A DNA stretch of 64,000 nt from an uncultured Gammaproteobacteria bacterium (GTDB lineage: Bacteria; Patescibacteriota; Patescibacteriia; SBBC01; CAIJZX01): positions 33,428-97,427 of the forward strand of contig CAYGGC010000001.1 in NCBI GenBank assembly GCA_964349465.1, read 5' to 3'. Positions 31,384 through 41,700 of this stretch are shown one piece after another (the stretch's first letter is position 1; every line of letters starts with the position of its first letter). The position numbers and the translations under genes were made by a program. The notes under the pieces are model-generated. The model did no database searches and was not told the origin of the DNA. It worked only from the letters and a program-made list of their open reading frames with translations.

Positions 31384-32769
31384 ATGGAGGCGCGTCGAGG
31401 CATGGTTTATCGAGCGGTCGCCTGGCGCAGCGGAGTCATCGTTAGCGCCATGCTCTGGTGCTTTTTTGCGAACACGCACTCAGCGCATGCTGCCGCCTCA
31501 TTAAAAATTACCCCCGCCTCAGGGACGTACGAGGTGGGAGCGTTGGTTGACGTTTCCTTCTTACTTGATACGGGCGGAGATGCCGTGAACGCGGTTCAGG
31601 CCGACATTCAATTTCCGGCCGATAAGTTACAGGTTGTGAATCCAGTCGCGAGCACCTCGTTTATTTCCGTCTGGGTCACAACGCCGACCTATTCGAATAC
31701 TGACGGGACTTTAAAGTTTCAGGGCGGCTTACCAAGTCCAGGGATTAAAACGAGCGGTGGTGTTATTAGTACCGTTTCATTTCGTGTGAAGGCGGCGGGT
31801 CGTGCGACGATTACGTTCGCATCCACCTCAAAAGTTTTACGGAACGATGGTGAGGGAACAAATATTCTTAGTTCAACCGGGACGGCGGATTTTACCTTGA
31901 AAGTCCCGCCGCCTGAGGGTCCGGTGGTAAAAAGCCCAACCCATGGTGATCTCAATCGTTGGTACAATTCCCCCCAAGTCCAGTTTGTGTGGGACTCGGT
32001 CGACGGTGCGAGTGGCTACAGTTATTCCTTCGATCAGAACGCGAAAGTAACCCCTGACGAAACGATTGAAGGAATAACAGCGGCCACCAGCATGAAGGCG
32101 ACTGGGGATGGTGTATGGTTTTTTCATATCCGAGCGAAGACGGACACCTGGGGCGGAACGACGAGTTTTCCGGTCCAAATCGATACGACCCCGCCGGCCA
32201 GTTTTACGCCCACGTTTGATCATGACCTGATTACCATCGAAGATGTTGGGACCCTGCGGTTTGTTACGACCGACGGCGCTTCAGGTCTTGATTACTATGA
32301 AGTAAAGCAGGTCACCTTGACCGGGGATGCGGCGACAAATAGTTTGTTTGTGGAATCGAGCAGTCCTTACGTTATCCCAAAACTGGGAGCAGGAAAATAT
32401 GAATTTATCGTGCGTGCATTCGACCGCGCCGGAAATACAACCGAAGGCAAGGGGCAGCTGGAAGTTATTGCTAGCGGCGTGCCCTTCTATGCCCGAGTTC
32501 CGATCCTGCGCGACCCAGCGGTGGCAAACGGGGCGCTTGTTGTCCTGGGATCGCTCTTTGTCGGGGCCGCTTCGATGCTGGTCCTTCGGCGGGTCCGTGT
32601 CCGTTCAACCTTCCAGCATGATTTTGAGCGGCTCGAACGAGACGCGCATCGAAAGGCTGAGCAACTGCAACGCGAACTTGAACAGCTGCGTTCGGCCCAG
32701 CGACTGGTGCAGAGTGATCTTGGGCCCGACCCCGGACTATCTCCTCAGCCTCATCAGCCGCCACGATGA
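31384..32769 (+). CDS. Cohesin-domain protein paralog 2 (cohesin + Fn3-like + TM + coiled-coil/Pro-rich cytoplasmic tail)
   Basis: ASLKITPASGTYEVGALVDVSFLLDTGGDAVNAVQADIQFPADKLQVV cohesin signature; paralogous to neighbours. Confidence 0.8.
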   Translation: MEARRGMVYRAVAWRSGVIVSAMLWCFFANTHSAHAAASLKITPASGTYEVGALVDVSFLLDTGGDAVNAVQADIQFPADKLQVVNPVASTSFISVWVTTPTYSNTDGTLKFQGGLPSPGIKTSGGVISTVSFRVKAAGRATITFASTSKVLRNDGEGTNILSSTGTADFTLKVPPPEGPVVKSPTHGDLNRWYNSPQVQFVWDSVDGASGYSYSFDQNAKVTPDETIEGITAATSMKATGDGVWFFHIRAKTDTWGGTTSFPVQIDTTPPASFTPTFDHDLITIEDVGTLRFVTTDGASGLDYYEVKQVTLTGDAATNSLFVESSSPYVIPKLGAGKYEFIVRAFDRAGNTTEGKGQLEVIASGVPFYARVPILRDPAVANGALVVLGSLFVGAASMLVLRRVRVRSTFQHDFERLERDAHRKAEQLQRELEQLRSAQRLVQSDLGPDPGLSPQPHQPPR

Positions 32770-34421
32770 AATATTTTTTTACCATCCTTATCAGCGTATT
32801 TGCGAGTCTACTGACGACGTCGTTTGCTTCGGCCGCGACGCTGTCACTCAGTCCGGCATCGACTACGACACAGGTCGGCCAAACGGTTGTGACGACTGTG
32901 CGCGTGAACGCGGCTGGGACGACGATCAACGCGGCTGAGGCGACAATTTCTTTTCCGTCGGATCTGTTGAAGTTGGTTAGCGTGAGTAAGTCGGGCACGA
33001 TCTTTAAGTTTTGGACCGTTGAACCGAGCGGCTCGAATAGTTCTGCGCGGGTCATTTTTTCTGGTGGTTTGCCGAGTCCAGGCTATTCCGGCAGCGCTGG
33101 GACGATTGTCAAAGTTACGTGGCAGGCCTTAGCAGTGGGAACAGCAAACATCTCCGTGACTGGCGGGAAAGTGTTGGCGAATGATGGGCTAGGCACGAAT
33201 GTTCTCACCGGACAGTCTGGTGCGTCATACACGATTCAAGCAACCACGACGATCCCAACCAAGCCGACTGGTCCGGTTGCGCCAGCATTGAGTTCGCCGC
33301 AGTTTTCTAGTCAGCAGCAGTGGTACGCCGAAAAAAATGCCACTATTACGTGGACCCGACCGACCGGCATTGAAGGGGTAAGTTATGAATTGAATCGTGA
33401 GTCTACCACGGTGCCAGACGAGACGTTTGAAAATAATTCCGGCAGTACAACAGTAGAGTTAACCGAAGATGGGGCTTGGTATTTTCATCTGCGAGCGAAA
33501 TACGCGACGGGCTGGAGCAGTGTTGCTCGATTAAAGCTACAGCGCGATACGACGCCGCCGGAACCGTTTGAGATTTCGGTTGAACGAGATCGTGGCTTAG
33601 CTGACCCGAGCCCGACGCTCTCGTTTGCCGCGACGGATGGATTGAGCGGTATTGTTGGGTATACCGCGGCGGTCAATGGATTGCCCGGGGTGCCGGTGAC
33701 GAGTCCGTATACAATGACGGTTGAGCAGGCTGGTGAATACCACGTGGTCATCACCGCCACTGATGGCGCTGGCAACTCCCGGGCGAGCGATGTGACGTTT
33801 TCGGTTGAAGGGTATGCGGTTCCGAAAATAACATATGTTTCCACGCCCCTTATCCTTCTGCAGACCCTGACCGTCCGTGGTACGGCTCAGGCTGGGGATC
33901 AGGTCAATATCTTTCTCGATGGCGAATTACTGGACTCAACCTACGCCGGTGCCCCCAATGTCGCGGCAACTGATGGTACCAACGTACGGCTGACCTGGAA
34001 TTTTACATCTGAAAAAACATTTAGCCCTGGTAAACATCGTTTAACCGTTACTGCTACCGGTGCCGACGGGCAAACAAGCTTGGCGAGCGATCCAGTAACT
34101 TTTTTCGTTCGTGGCACAACACTTGAGTTTAACGGACGCCCGATTGCGACCTTTGCGGCGATACCGATTCTTGGTATCGCGATGATTCTGTTTTTCACCT
34201 TGATCGCCTTTGTGATGAGCCAGCTCTGGATGACCACTCGTCGACTTGAGCGCCGGGAAAAGGTTGTTGACCAGGAACTTCAGGAGCTTCGGACGGCGGT
34301 AGAAAAAGGTCATGTTCCAGACACAGCGCTGAAACAGGCGATCACCATGATTGACGATGATCTCGTTGGGCGTCGACGGACTCCGAAGCGCGCACCGCGA
34401 CGGCGTACAAAAAAAACATGA
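32766..34421 (+). CDS. Cohesin-domain protein paralog 3 (cohesin + Fn3-like + Ig-like + TM + basic tail)
   Basis: ATLSLSPASTTTQVGQTVVTTVRVNAAGTTINAAEATISFPSDLLKLVSV cohesin signature; 4-bp overlap with paralog 2. Confidence 0.8.
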   Translation: MKYFFTILISVFASLLTTSFASAATLSLSPASTTTQVGQTVVTTVRVNAAGTTINAAEATISFPSDLLKLVSVSKSGTIFKFWTVEPSGSNSSARVIFSGGLPSPGYSGSAGTIVKVTWQALAVGTANISVTGGKVLANDGLGTNVLTGQSGASYTIQATTTIPTKPTGPVAPALSSPQFSSQQQWYAEKNATITWTRPTGIEGVSYELNRESTTVPDETFENNSGSTTVELTEDGAWYFHLRAKYATGWSSVARLKLQRDTTPPEPFEISVERDRGLADPSPTLSFAATDGLSGIVGYTAAVNGLPGVPVTSPYTMTVEQAGEYHVVITATDGAGNSRASDVTFSVEGYAVPKITYVSTPLILLQTLTVRGTAQAGDQVNIFLDGELLDSTYAGAPNVAATDGTNVRLTWNFTSEKTFSPGKHRLTVTATGADGQTSLASDPVTFFVRGTTLEFNGRPIATFAAIPILGIAMILFFTLIAFVMSQLWMTTRRLERREKVVDQELQELRTAVEKGHVPDTALKQAITMIDDDLVGRRRTPKRAPRRRTKKT

Positions 34422-35122
34422 ACACCTCGTCAAATGTGTGGCTGGTTATTCCGACCTATAATGAGCGGTCGAACCTTGAGGCGCTTGTCCGGCGGATTAC
34501 CACCGCTGGCTCATGGAATATTCTGATTGTTGACGATGCGTCGCCGGACGGGACGGGCGCGTTGGCTGATGATTTGTCACAACGTTGGCCGCAGTTGGCT
34601 GTCCTCCATCGACCGAAGAAGGAAGGACTTGGCCCGGCCTATCGGCATGGCCTACGTGAAGCGCTTGATCGAGGGGCAGAGCTCGTGATTCAGAGCGACG
34701 CGGACTTATCGCATCCACCGGAACTGATTCCGACGATGATTGAGCGCCTTCAGACGACTGATCTCGTTATTGCCTCACGATATGTGGCGGGCGGTCGAAT
34801 GAATATTGGTTGGCAGCGGCGCTGGATTAGTTTGATTGGGAACGTCTACATTCGATTCATGCTGGGTTGGTCGGTTCGAGACTGGAGTACTGGGTTTAAG
34901 GGTTGGCAGGCGGGGATGCTCGATCAGGTTCTGAAAGCGCCATTACGAACCTCCGGCTATGCTTGCTTAATGGAGATGACGTGGTGGGCAAGAAAGTTCG
35001 GTGGGCGAGTCGCCGAGGTACCGCTTGATTTTGTTGATCGGACAGCCGGCGACTCAAAATTTTCCATCCGTATTATTCTTGAGGATATCAAGATGGCCTG
35101 GGAATTGCGTTGGCGACGGTAA
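34418..35122 (+). CDS. GT2 polyprenyl-phosphate mannosyltransferase (Dpm1-like dolichol-/undecaprenyl-phosphate mannose synthase)
   Basis: LVIPTYNERSNL…IVDDASPDGT…QSDADLSHPP motifs; translationally coupled to cohesin paralog 3. Confidence 0.9.
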   Translation: MNTSSNVWLVIPTYNERSNLEALVRRITTAGSWNILIVDDASPDGTGALADDLSQRWPQLAVLHRPKKEGLGPAYRHGLREALDRGAELVIQSDADLSHPPELIPTMIERLQTTDLVIASRYVAGGRMNIGWQRRWISLIGNVYIRFMLGWSVRDWSTGFKGWQAGMLDQVLKAPLRTSGYACLMEMTWWARKFGGRVAEVPLDFVDRTAGDSKFSIRIILEDIKMAWELRWRR

Positions 35123-35125
35123 GAC

Positions 35126-35154
35126 TTGCCAAGCGGACAAAAAACTGGTATACT
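35126..35154 (+). promoter_or_regulatory. Promoter TTGCCA-17-TATACT upstream of tRNA-Val
   Basis: Hexamers with 17-bp spacer ~110 bp upstream of tRNA. Confidence 0.4.
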
Positions 35155-35265
35155 GTTCCTGTTCTTGCGCAAGATTAGCCAAAAACATTGGGTCCAGAAC
35201 CCAATCGAAGAGGCTCATAAAATCTGCGGAGCCGGAGCAGGCCTCGCGCTGTGTCCATCGGACTA

Positions 35266-35342
35266 GGTCGCATAGCTCAGTTGGTTAGAGCGTTCCGTTC
35301 ACATCGGAAAGGTCCCTGGTCCGAGTCCAGGTGCGACCACCA
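35266..35342 (+). tRNA. tRNA-Val (anticodon CAC), CCA encoded
   Basis: Manual cloverleaf: acceptor GGTCGCA/TGCGACC, D-arm GCTC…GAGC, anticodon stem TTCCG/CGGAA loop TTCACAT, T-arm CCTGG-TCCGAGT-CCAGG, discriminator A, CCA. Confidence 0.9.
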
Positions 35343-35353
35343 GAAAAATTCTC

Positions 35354-36055
35354 ATGCCCTCCACACCACCAAACCCAGCCCCACAAAATCCGCTCGGCGA
35401 CCCTCGCGCTTTCCAAGGGACCAGCACCAATCTAAAAAAATTAGCGGCCGGCGAAAAGCGTTCGGATTTTTTGCCGAGTTTTAGTAAAGGGTTCGGCGGG
35501 TTCGTGTGGGAAATGGCGAAGATTATTATCATTGCCTTGATTATCATCAAGCCGATTCATGCCTACGTTCTTCAACCATTCTATGTCAAAGGCGCATCGA
35601 TGGAACCGACGTTCTTTAACAACGAGTATCTTATTATCGACGAACTGTCCTATCGGTTTCATGAACCGCGTCGTGGGGATGTCATTGTGTTGCATAATCC
35701 CGTCCTGAATGATGAGTTTTTGATTAAGCGGATCATCGGTTTACCCGGCGAGCGACTCGTTATTGATCAGGAAGGTATTCGTGTTGCCTCAAGCCCCACC
35801 GGAGAATTACGCGCCCTGGATGAGCGGGCATACCTCTCGGCGAATGTGGTCACGAGCGCGGCGGTCGATGTTATTCTCGGAAATGAAGAATACTTTGTCA
35901 TGGGTGATAACCGTCCGGCGAGCCTTGATTCGCGTAGCTTTGGTCCGGTCCAGCGAGAAACGATCGTTGGCCGAGCTGGAGTTCGGGCTTGGCCAGTCCA
36001 TCGGGCCCGCACCTTCCCCACACCTAAAATTCCTTTACTTACCCCGACTCGTTAG
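35354..36055 (+). CDS. lepB: Signal peptidase I (S26 family); true start may be internal (Met at 35513)
   Basis: GASMEPTF (Ser box), LIKRIIGLPGE, YFVMGDNRPASLDSR motifs. Confidence 0.85.
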   Translation: MPSTPPNPAPQNPLGDPRAFQGTSTNLKKLAAGEKRSDFLPSFSKGFGGFVWEMAKIIIIALIIIKPIHAYVLQPFYVKGASMEPTFFNNEYLIIDELSYRFHEPRRGDVIVLHNPVLNDEFLIKRIIGLPGERLVIDQEGIRVASSPTGELRALDERAYLSANVVTSAAVDVILGNEEYFVMGDNRPASLDSRSFGPVQRETIVGRAGVRAWPVHRARTFPTPKIPLLTPTR

Positions 36056-36066
36056 TCTCTATTTGT

Positions 36067-37473
36067 ATGGCCAAAGAAATTACTCCGCCGCAGTTACTGC
36101 GTGGCATGAAAGATATATTACCGAACGACCAACCATACTGGTGGAAAATTTTTGATTTAGTGCGCGTCGCGGCCCGAGACTATGGTTTCGAACGGATTGA
36201 AACCCCCGTGCTTGAGTCGACCTCACTCTATACGCGTTCGGTGGGTGATTTGACGGACATTGTTCAGAAAGAGATGTACACCTTTACCGACAAGAGCAAT
36301 GACAATGTCACACTACGCCCAGAAGGCACCGCTGGGGTGGTTCGGTCCTATATCGAACACGGGATGCTCAACTTGCCACAGCCAGTCAAAATGTGGTATT
36401 TCATGCCATTTTTTCGTCATGATCGACCACAAGCCGGACGCTACCGACAGTTCTGGCAGTTTGGCTTCGAGGTTCTTGGCGCCCCGCAACCGGTCATTGA
36501 TGCTCAGCTGATTCTCTTAGCGCGTTCGATTTATAAGAGCGTTGGGATCGAGACTACGATTCAGATTAATAGCATCGGTGACCCGTCTTCACGAACGGCC
36601 TATATTAAGGCCCTCCAGGCTTTTTTCAAAACGAAAAAGTCGGAATTGACCGATGAGCACAAACTCCTCCTGCAAAAAAATCCTTTACGATTGCTCGATA
36701 GTAAGGACGCCGTCATTCAAGAATTACTGACCGATGCGCCGCAGATTGTCGATTACCTCGATGAGGCCTCACGCGCCCATTTTGTTCAGGTGCTTGAGTA
36801 TCTCGATGAGTTAGAGGTGTCCTATGTTCTGAACCCGCGCCTGGTTCGGGGTCTGGATTATTATAATCGCACGGTGTTTGAAGTTTGGCCAGTTGGTGAT
36901 GATGGTGCGCAAAGCGCTTTAGGCGGCGGGGGACGCTATGATTCCTTAGTCCAAACCCTCGGTGGTCGCGAGACCCCAGCGGCTGGATTTGCCGGCGGCG
37001 TCGAACGGATTATTTTGAAGATGAAAGAACAGCAATTACCGCCGGCGCCGCTTGACCGGCCGGAGATTTACCTCGCCCAACTCGGGGAACCAGCCCGGAA
37101 AAAAATGTTGCGGTTGTTCGAAGGATTACGGGCTGAAGATATTCGCGTCGCCGAGAGCCTGACGAAGGATGGGTTAAAACAGCAGCTCGAAGTGGCGAAT
37201 CGGATTGGCGCGCACTATACGCTCATCATCGGTCAAAAAGAATTGATGGATGATACAATTTTGATTCGGGACATGGAAAACGGCATTCAAGAAATCGTTG
37301 ATTATAATAAGGCTGTGGGTGAAGTAAAAAAACGCTTGGAAAAAAATCGCGCGAACGGGACGATGCCGGTGACTGGGATGGTTCAGCCAGAACGGTTAGA
37401 TCGCTATCAGGCCGCGGTGCCGGATGATACGGCCGATGAGCCTGACCACAGCGCCCAACCAGACGAAGAGTAG
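36067..37473 (+). CDS. hisS: Histidine--tRNA ligase
   Basis: MAKEITPPQLLRGMKDILP… class II aaRS HisRS motifs; 468 aa. Confidence 0.95.
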   Translation: MAKEITPPQLLRGMKDILPNDQPYWWKIFDLVRVAARDYGFERIETPVLESTSLYTRSVGDLTDIVQKEMYTFTDKSNDNVTLRPEGTAGVVRSYIEHGMLNLPQPVKMWYFMPFFRHDRPQAGRYRQFWQFGFEVLGAPQPVIDAQLILLARSIYKSVGIETTIQINSIGDPSSRTAYIKALQAFFKTKKSELTDEHKLLLQKNPLRLLDSKDAVIQELLTDAPQIVDYLDEASRAHFVQVLEYLDELEVSYVLNPRLVRGLDYYNRTVFEVWPVGDDGAQSALGGGGRYDSLVQTLGGRETPAAGFAGGVERIILKMKEQQLPPAPLDRPEIYLAQLGEPARKKMLRLFEGLRAEDIRVAESLTKDGLKQQLEVANRIGAHYTLIIGQKELMDDTILIRDMENGIQEIVDYNKAVGEVKKRLEKNRANGTMPVTGMVQPERLDRYQAAVPDDTADEPDHSAQPDEE

Positions 37474-37474
37474 T

Positions 37475-37825
37475 ATGCAGGATCCACAATGCATTTTCTG
37501 CAAAATCGCGGCGGGAGAAATCCCGAGTACCGCGGTTTTTGCTAATGATGAACTCTATGCTTTTCCGGATATCAACCCAAAAGCCCCAGTTCACTTGCTT
37601 ATTATTCCGAAGGATCATGCGATGCGATCAATCGCTGAAATGACCGATGATCAACAGGCCTTGGTTGGCCGGATGATTGGTCTGGCGAAACGCCTTGCGG
37701 AAGAACGAGGGATCGCGACTGACGGCTACCGTCTCGTCTTTAATGTCCGGCACCACGCCGGCCAGGAAGTTGATCATGTCCACCTTCATCTGCTCGGTGG
37801 GCAGCCTCTCGGGCCATTGGGTTAG
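37475..37825 (+). CDS. HIT-family (histidine triad) nucleotide hydrolase
   Basis: CIFCKIAAGEIPS… and HVHLHLLGG histidine triad. Confidence 0.85.
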   Translation: MQDPQCIFCKIAAGEIPSTAVFANDELYAFPDINPKAPVHLLIIPKDHAMRSIAEMTDDQQALVGRMIGLAKRLAEERGIATDGYRLVFNVRHHAGQEVDHVHLHLLGGQPLGPLG

Positions 37826-37972
37826 GAGATACATCAGGTTCTTGCCCTCAGGCCGGTCGGGCCCGTTTTTGTGATGGGTCAGTCACATTTGACACACTCG
37901 GTCGAGAATGGTATAGTCGACCTGTGATTTTTCATATGAGTAGACTATCTTTCGAAGGAGGTGTTGTGATTC

Positions 37973-38251
37973 ATGGTTGAAGTAAAAAAGCGAAATAACG
38001 AGTCGACGGAAAGCCTCCTCCGGCGATTTTCCAAGCGCGTTCAACAGAGCGGCGTGCTTTTGCGTGCAAAAAAGCGCCGTTTCTACGAAAAAGGCAAGAA
38101 CAAGCGAGCTTTGCGCGCCGACGCGCTTCGCCGGATTAATATCCGCGGCGAACGCGAAATTCTCCGGAAACTCGGGAAACTCGAAGAATACGATCTCAAA
38201 AAGCGCGGACCGCGTCGTAAACCGTTACCACGCGTAACCATTCCGCAATAA
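37973..38251 (+). CDS. rpsU: 30S ribosomal protein S21 (with basic C-terminal extension)
   Basis: …LLRRFSKRVQQSGVLLRAKKRRFYEKGKNKR… S21 signature. Confidence 0.85.
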   Translation: MVEVKKRNNESTESLLRRFSKRVQQSGVLLRAKKRRFYEKGKNKRALRADALRRINIRGEREILRKLGKLEEYDLKKRGPRRKPLPRVTIPQ

Positions 38252-38264
38252 TCCCTCTCGCCAT

Positions 38265-38705
38265 ATGGCCTTGATGGAACAAATCGAAAACGACTACAAA
38301 GAGGCGTTTAAGGCCCACCAGACGGCGAAAGTCAGTATGCTCCGGATGGTCAAATCAGCCTTGAAAAACGTCGAAATCGCCGTTCGTCACAATCTGACCG
38401 ACGAAGAAATCATCGCCGTGATGACCAAAGAGGCGAAACGTCGCCGTGAATCTATAGCGATGTTTCAAGAGGCTGGTCGGACTGAGCTGGTCGATCAAGA
38501 AAACGCCGAGCTCCAAGAGTTGATGCTCTATCTACCAACACAAATGAGCGATTCGGAAGTCGAAGCGCTTGTCGTGGCCGTCATAAGCGAACTGAAAGCG
38601 ACGGCAAAAGATTTTGGTCAGGTGATGAAAACCGTGACCGAACGATCGAAAGGCCAGGCCGATGGCAGTCGCGTCGCGCCGGTCGTCAAAAAACTTCTCA
38701 AGTAA
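38265..38705 (+). CDS. yqeY: GatB/YqeY-domain protein
   Basis: Conserved rpsU-yqeY pairing; YqeY-like sequence over full length. Confidence 0.85.
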   Translation: MALMEQIENDYKEAFKAHQTAKVSMLRMVKSALKNVEIAVRHNLTDEEIIAVMTKEAKRRRESIAMFQEAGRTELVDQENAELQELMLYLPTQMSDSEVEALVVAVISELKATAKDFGQVMKTVTERSKGQADGSRVAPVVKKLLK

Positions 38706-38730
38706 ATCAATTCAAAACTCTTCCCGTTTC

Positions 38731-41700
38731 ATGCGTCGTATTTCCATGCGCCGACAGCATGCCTGGGTCCTGACCGGACTCATCCTCGTCACCGTTCTCG
38801 CGGTGGCGGGGCTTGGGGTTGCGTCGCGAGCTTCGGCCCAGACGACGTTTAGCGTCGAATCGATTGGCGGCCAAATTGGTCTCGGCGACGCCGATCTTCG
38901 TCAGGTTGTCTTGAACGTTATCCGCTGGGTGCTCGGAATTCTCACGCTGACCGCGGTCGTCTATATGATGTATGGCGGCTATTTATGGCTGACGGCGGCG
39001 GGGAACGAGAAGCGGGTCGAAAAAGCGAAACAGGTTATTCTCCAAGCCGCAATTGGGTTAGTGATTGTCTTGCTGGCCTGGGCGATTGTGCTTTTCGTGA
39101 CTCGCTCGTTAGCGAATGTGACAAACACCAGTAATCCAGATGGCGGAAGTACCGGTGGAACCTGTAACCCATTGATTGAAGAGTGCGGAGAAGTGACCGC
39201 TTTTGACGTAACTAATATCGCGAGTTGTGCAGTCGGCGATGCGAACAGTAACGTTCCGCGTTCGAGCGCGATCCAGTTGACCTTTAACGCGAACCTGAAA
39301 GACGGAGCGGTCCAACAAGCTGTTGCAGACGACGTGACAAACGCAAATCCGCCGAACCTCATCGTCCAAAAGTGCGCGAATAATGATTGTGCAAACCCAG
39401 CGAACCTGAGCACCCCGGTGCCACTCGAAAATCAACGTTTTATTTCCGGAACGAAGCCAACGACGACCGGCACGCCACCGCAAGCTGACTGGACCCAAAA
39501 GGGGAAGGTCGTGACCTTTTATCATGTGGCGAATGATACGCTGGCCGCGGATGCGCGACTGTTTGAGCCGAACCAAAAATATCTCCTGACGATTCCGGCG
39601 AAAGATGCGAGCAAGGCGTTGCTTGATGTGAACGATCGGAAAGTCCAAAACTGTCGCCGACAGACGTCGGATATTGCCGGTCTGCCTGGGTGCGACGCGT
39701 CGGGAACCGATCGGATTACTTGGGAATTTACGACTGGGGCCGATACGGATGGTCCAGCCCTCAGTGTCGCGTCAGCCTACCCATCATTTGCCTATCAAAC
39801 GTCGACCGTTTCGCCAAATCGTTCTGTCGATCGCTCGAGCTTCCTGTCGATTCAATACAATACCCCGATAGATTTTAATACGCTCACGGCCGATAATTTT
39901 AAAGTGTTTAAATGCGGCACGACAAATATCCCATCGGCAACGAATGACTGGAACGAATGCGATGATGAAACGGCTAATCAAATCCCGTCGAGCAACTTCG
40001 TGGTTGAGCCCCGACCGGATGGTCGCGGTGGCCTTCTTCGACTCGTCAGCCCAGCGCTGTATGAGGCTTTTACCTGGTACAAAGTCGAAGTCAGCAATGT
40101 TCGAAGCCTCTGTGGCCGCGTGCAAGAACCTCCGACGAAAACCTGGGTGTTCCAAACGAACGACGCTGTCCCAGGGGTGAAAAAAGTGTATCCGCGTGAT
40201 GGGTACCAAAACGCTTGCCCAGCGACGAAGGTGTTTATTCAGTACGCGACCTCGATGTGGGACGGCTCGTCGTTTGACTGTAATGTCGGCGGTGGGAGCT
40301 ATGTCTCGCGCGGCCTGATGACGAATAATCCGGGCCGGACACTTATTCCCTCGAGTGTCTTTGATGCGAACGATCCGAAGACCTGCACGATGTATGAATT
40401 TAGTTCGACCTCGACGTTACTGCCGCCGAACACGAATTTTGAAGCGCGGGTCGAATCCGATTTGGTCATTGATACGAATGGCCGAAAACTCAACTATGGC
40501 TATACCGTCGCGGGGAGCACCAGTGAAGGGCCATGGGCCTTTAAGACGGCCACGGCGTCGACCTGCGCTCAGGAACCTGTCATCATCAAAGTTTCTCCGG
40601 GGCAAGGGCCGGACGGGTTATGTTTATCCGTGATTGGCGACTACTTTGAAAAAGTGAACCTTGCGGATACAAACACCGATCGTCCTGATGCTGGCGACGG
40701 CTTAACCTTACGAGCGCGGAACCAGACCGCCGATACGTGGACGAATGATTTTATTGTCTCGAGCGTTGACGCTGGTCCGACGGGCGGGGGACTCACCCGT
40801 AACGCGTCGCATCCGTATGTCGTAACGGTCAATTACCCCGCGCCGATTGGTCCGCTGGTCAGCTCGCCGGAAAATTTTTATCTCACTGATGATCCGGCTT
40901 CGCAGGGCCCATGTCTCACGAAAATTTCTCCGACCCAAGGACCGGTGAATACGACGGTGGTCGCGACCGGAAAACGGCTTGGGACCGGTGGCCAGGTTGA
41001 ATACAGCACAAAAATTCCTCCTAACTGGACCGTGGCTGGTTCATGGACCGACACACGAATTGATGGTATCAACGTCGACCCTGGGTCGCCCGGTGGCCGT
41101 GGTGACGTGACGGTGGTAACCGGTGGGCAAGTGAGTAACCCGTTGCCATATACAGTGAAGACAGTTGTTGACGCTCCAGGAACAGCGCCTCGGGTTGTTG
41201 AGACGACGACCTGTAGCTCAACGACGACCCCGAGTCCGAATCCGCGACGCGATGAAGCTGCGGCTTGTATAAACGCTTGGCCGTCGGCTCGCTTTACGGT
41301 TGAGATGGACCCAGCAACATTGAATCAAACGAATATTCGTCTTGAATCATGCGATGCTGGTTACACCACTTGTGCGCCGGTTGTAGCGGTAGTGGACGCA
41401 GATGCAAACAATCGTGGTTTCAAGATAAAACCCACGGCCAACCTCCTCCCAGCGACGGCCTATCGGGTGACGATTTCTGGCGTCACGAGCGCTGACGCCG
41501 TGCCGATGGCTGGAATCTACCAATGGCGATTTACGACGAAAGCCGGGAATGTTGAATGTCCGATCGATCGCCTGGTTATCAATCAAAGCGACCGCGTCTT
41601 TAATCGCGCCTTTACTCTCGGGTTACCAACTAGCGTAACCGATAGCGCCTGCAATGAAATTGACGGTAGTGGGCTAACCTATGCGTGGAATAATTCCGAT

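Noticed and set aside
35001-35550. ORFs 35001-35288 (+), 35251-35484 (+) and 35299-35550 (-) spanning the tRNA-Val locus
   Set aside because: They overlap a bona fide tRNA and its promoter, and the start of lepB; composition-driven artefacts.
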